Origin: Candidatus Pacearchaeota archaeon
GTDB lineage: Archaea; Nanobdellota; Nanobdellia; Pacearchaeales; GW2011-AR1
Direction: 5' to 3'
DNA length: 64,000 nt
Assembly: GCA_002731115.1 (NCBI GenBank)
Contig: PBZO01000015.1
Span: 1,529-65,528, forward strand
Below are positions 63,783 through 64,000 of this stretch, piece by piece (positions within the stretch are counted from its first letter, which is position 1; each line of letters begins with the position of its first letter). The notes below the pieces were generated by a model, which had not been told where the DNA came from, did not search any database, and was given only the letters and a program-made list of their open reading frames with translations. Both the position numbers and the translations under genes were made by a program.

Positions 63783-64000
63783 AACAAATACAACGAAATG
63801 ATCAATATCAACTAATAATCCTGCAAGAGCAACAAAAAAAGCTATTTTATAATCAAAAATACCAAATTTTACAAATATACTTGCAATAAAAAACGAGTTT
63901 GAGGGTACATGTAAATAATATTATAAAATAGTTTTTTAATTTAACTTTTCAAAGATTTTTTCTAGACTAATTTCAAATAATGCAAGAGGCATTTTTATTC

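Noticed and set aside
63946-64000. Possible 3' end of a minus-strand gene running off the right edge (…IKMPLALFEISLEKIFEKLN*).
   Set aside because: Only 18 codons are visible. That is not enough to call a gene or a product.
1-64000. Search for CRISPR arrays, rRNA genes, transposases or integrases, reverse transcriptase/DGR, prophage or known defence modules.
   Set aside because: I saw no spaced direct-repeat arrays, no rRNA-like conserved segments and no ORF with transposase, integrase, RT, Cas or restriction-modification motifs. The window looks like core chromosome.

Overview
This window is a very AT-rich, tightly packed stretch of archaeal chromosome. My hand counts on 100-nt samples give about 25% GC in typical genes. 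The gene content is clearly archaeal: MCM, family-B DNA polymerase, RFC small and large subunits, FEN1, ATP-dependent DNA ligase, RadB, topoisomerase IA, endonuclease III, TBP, TFS, Rpo11, aIF-1A, aIF-2beta, aRF1, L15e, L41e, Sec61beta, NAC, CDC48, FtsZ, MinD and GatDE. Short proteins, tiny spacers and many orphan small membrane proteins suggest a reduced-genome, DPANN-like lineage, but that placement is inference only. I can support about 78 protein-coding genes, several below the 60-aa cutoff of the ORF track, and 7 tRNA genes: Arg-UCG, Asn-GUU, Ile-GAU, Lys-CUU, Glu-CUC with a 77-nt intron, Gln-CUG and Thr-GGU. None of the tRNAs encodes CCA. I saw no rRNA, CRISPR array, transposase or integrase, reverse transcriptase or recognisable defence island, so this is mostly core housekeeping DNA. 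The observations most worth a second look are listed here.
1. An 8-kb cluster holds all five tRNA-dependent amidotransferase subunits plus AspRS. Its GatE lacks the AspRS-like insertion domain, and a compositionally foreign epimerase gene sits between gatD and gatE.
2. Three uncharacterised genes are embedded in replication operons: mcm-orf116-OB/wH, orf214 between polB and fen1, and rfcS-sORF-rfcL-HerA-like ATPase-orf97.
3. The PolB has substitutions at normally invariant motif A and motif B residues.
4. Both class I aaRS in the window lack the last His of the HIGH motif.
5. tRNA-Glu carries a long intron.
No finding here amounts to a clearly new multi-gene system, and the interest scores reflect that.
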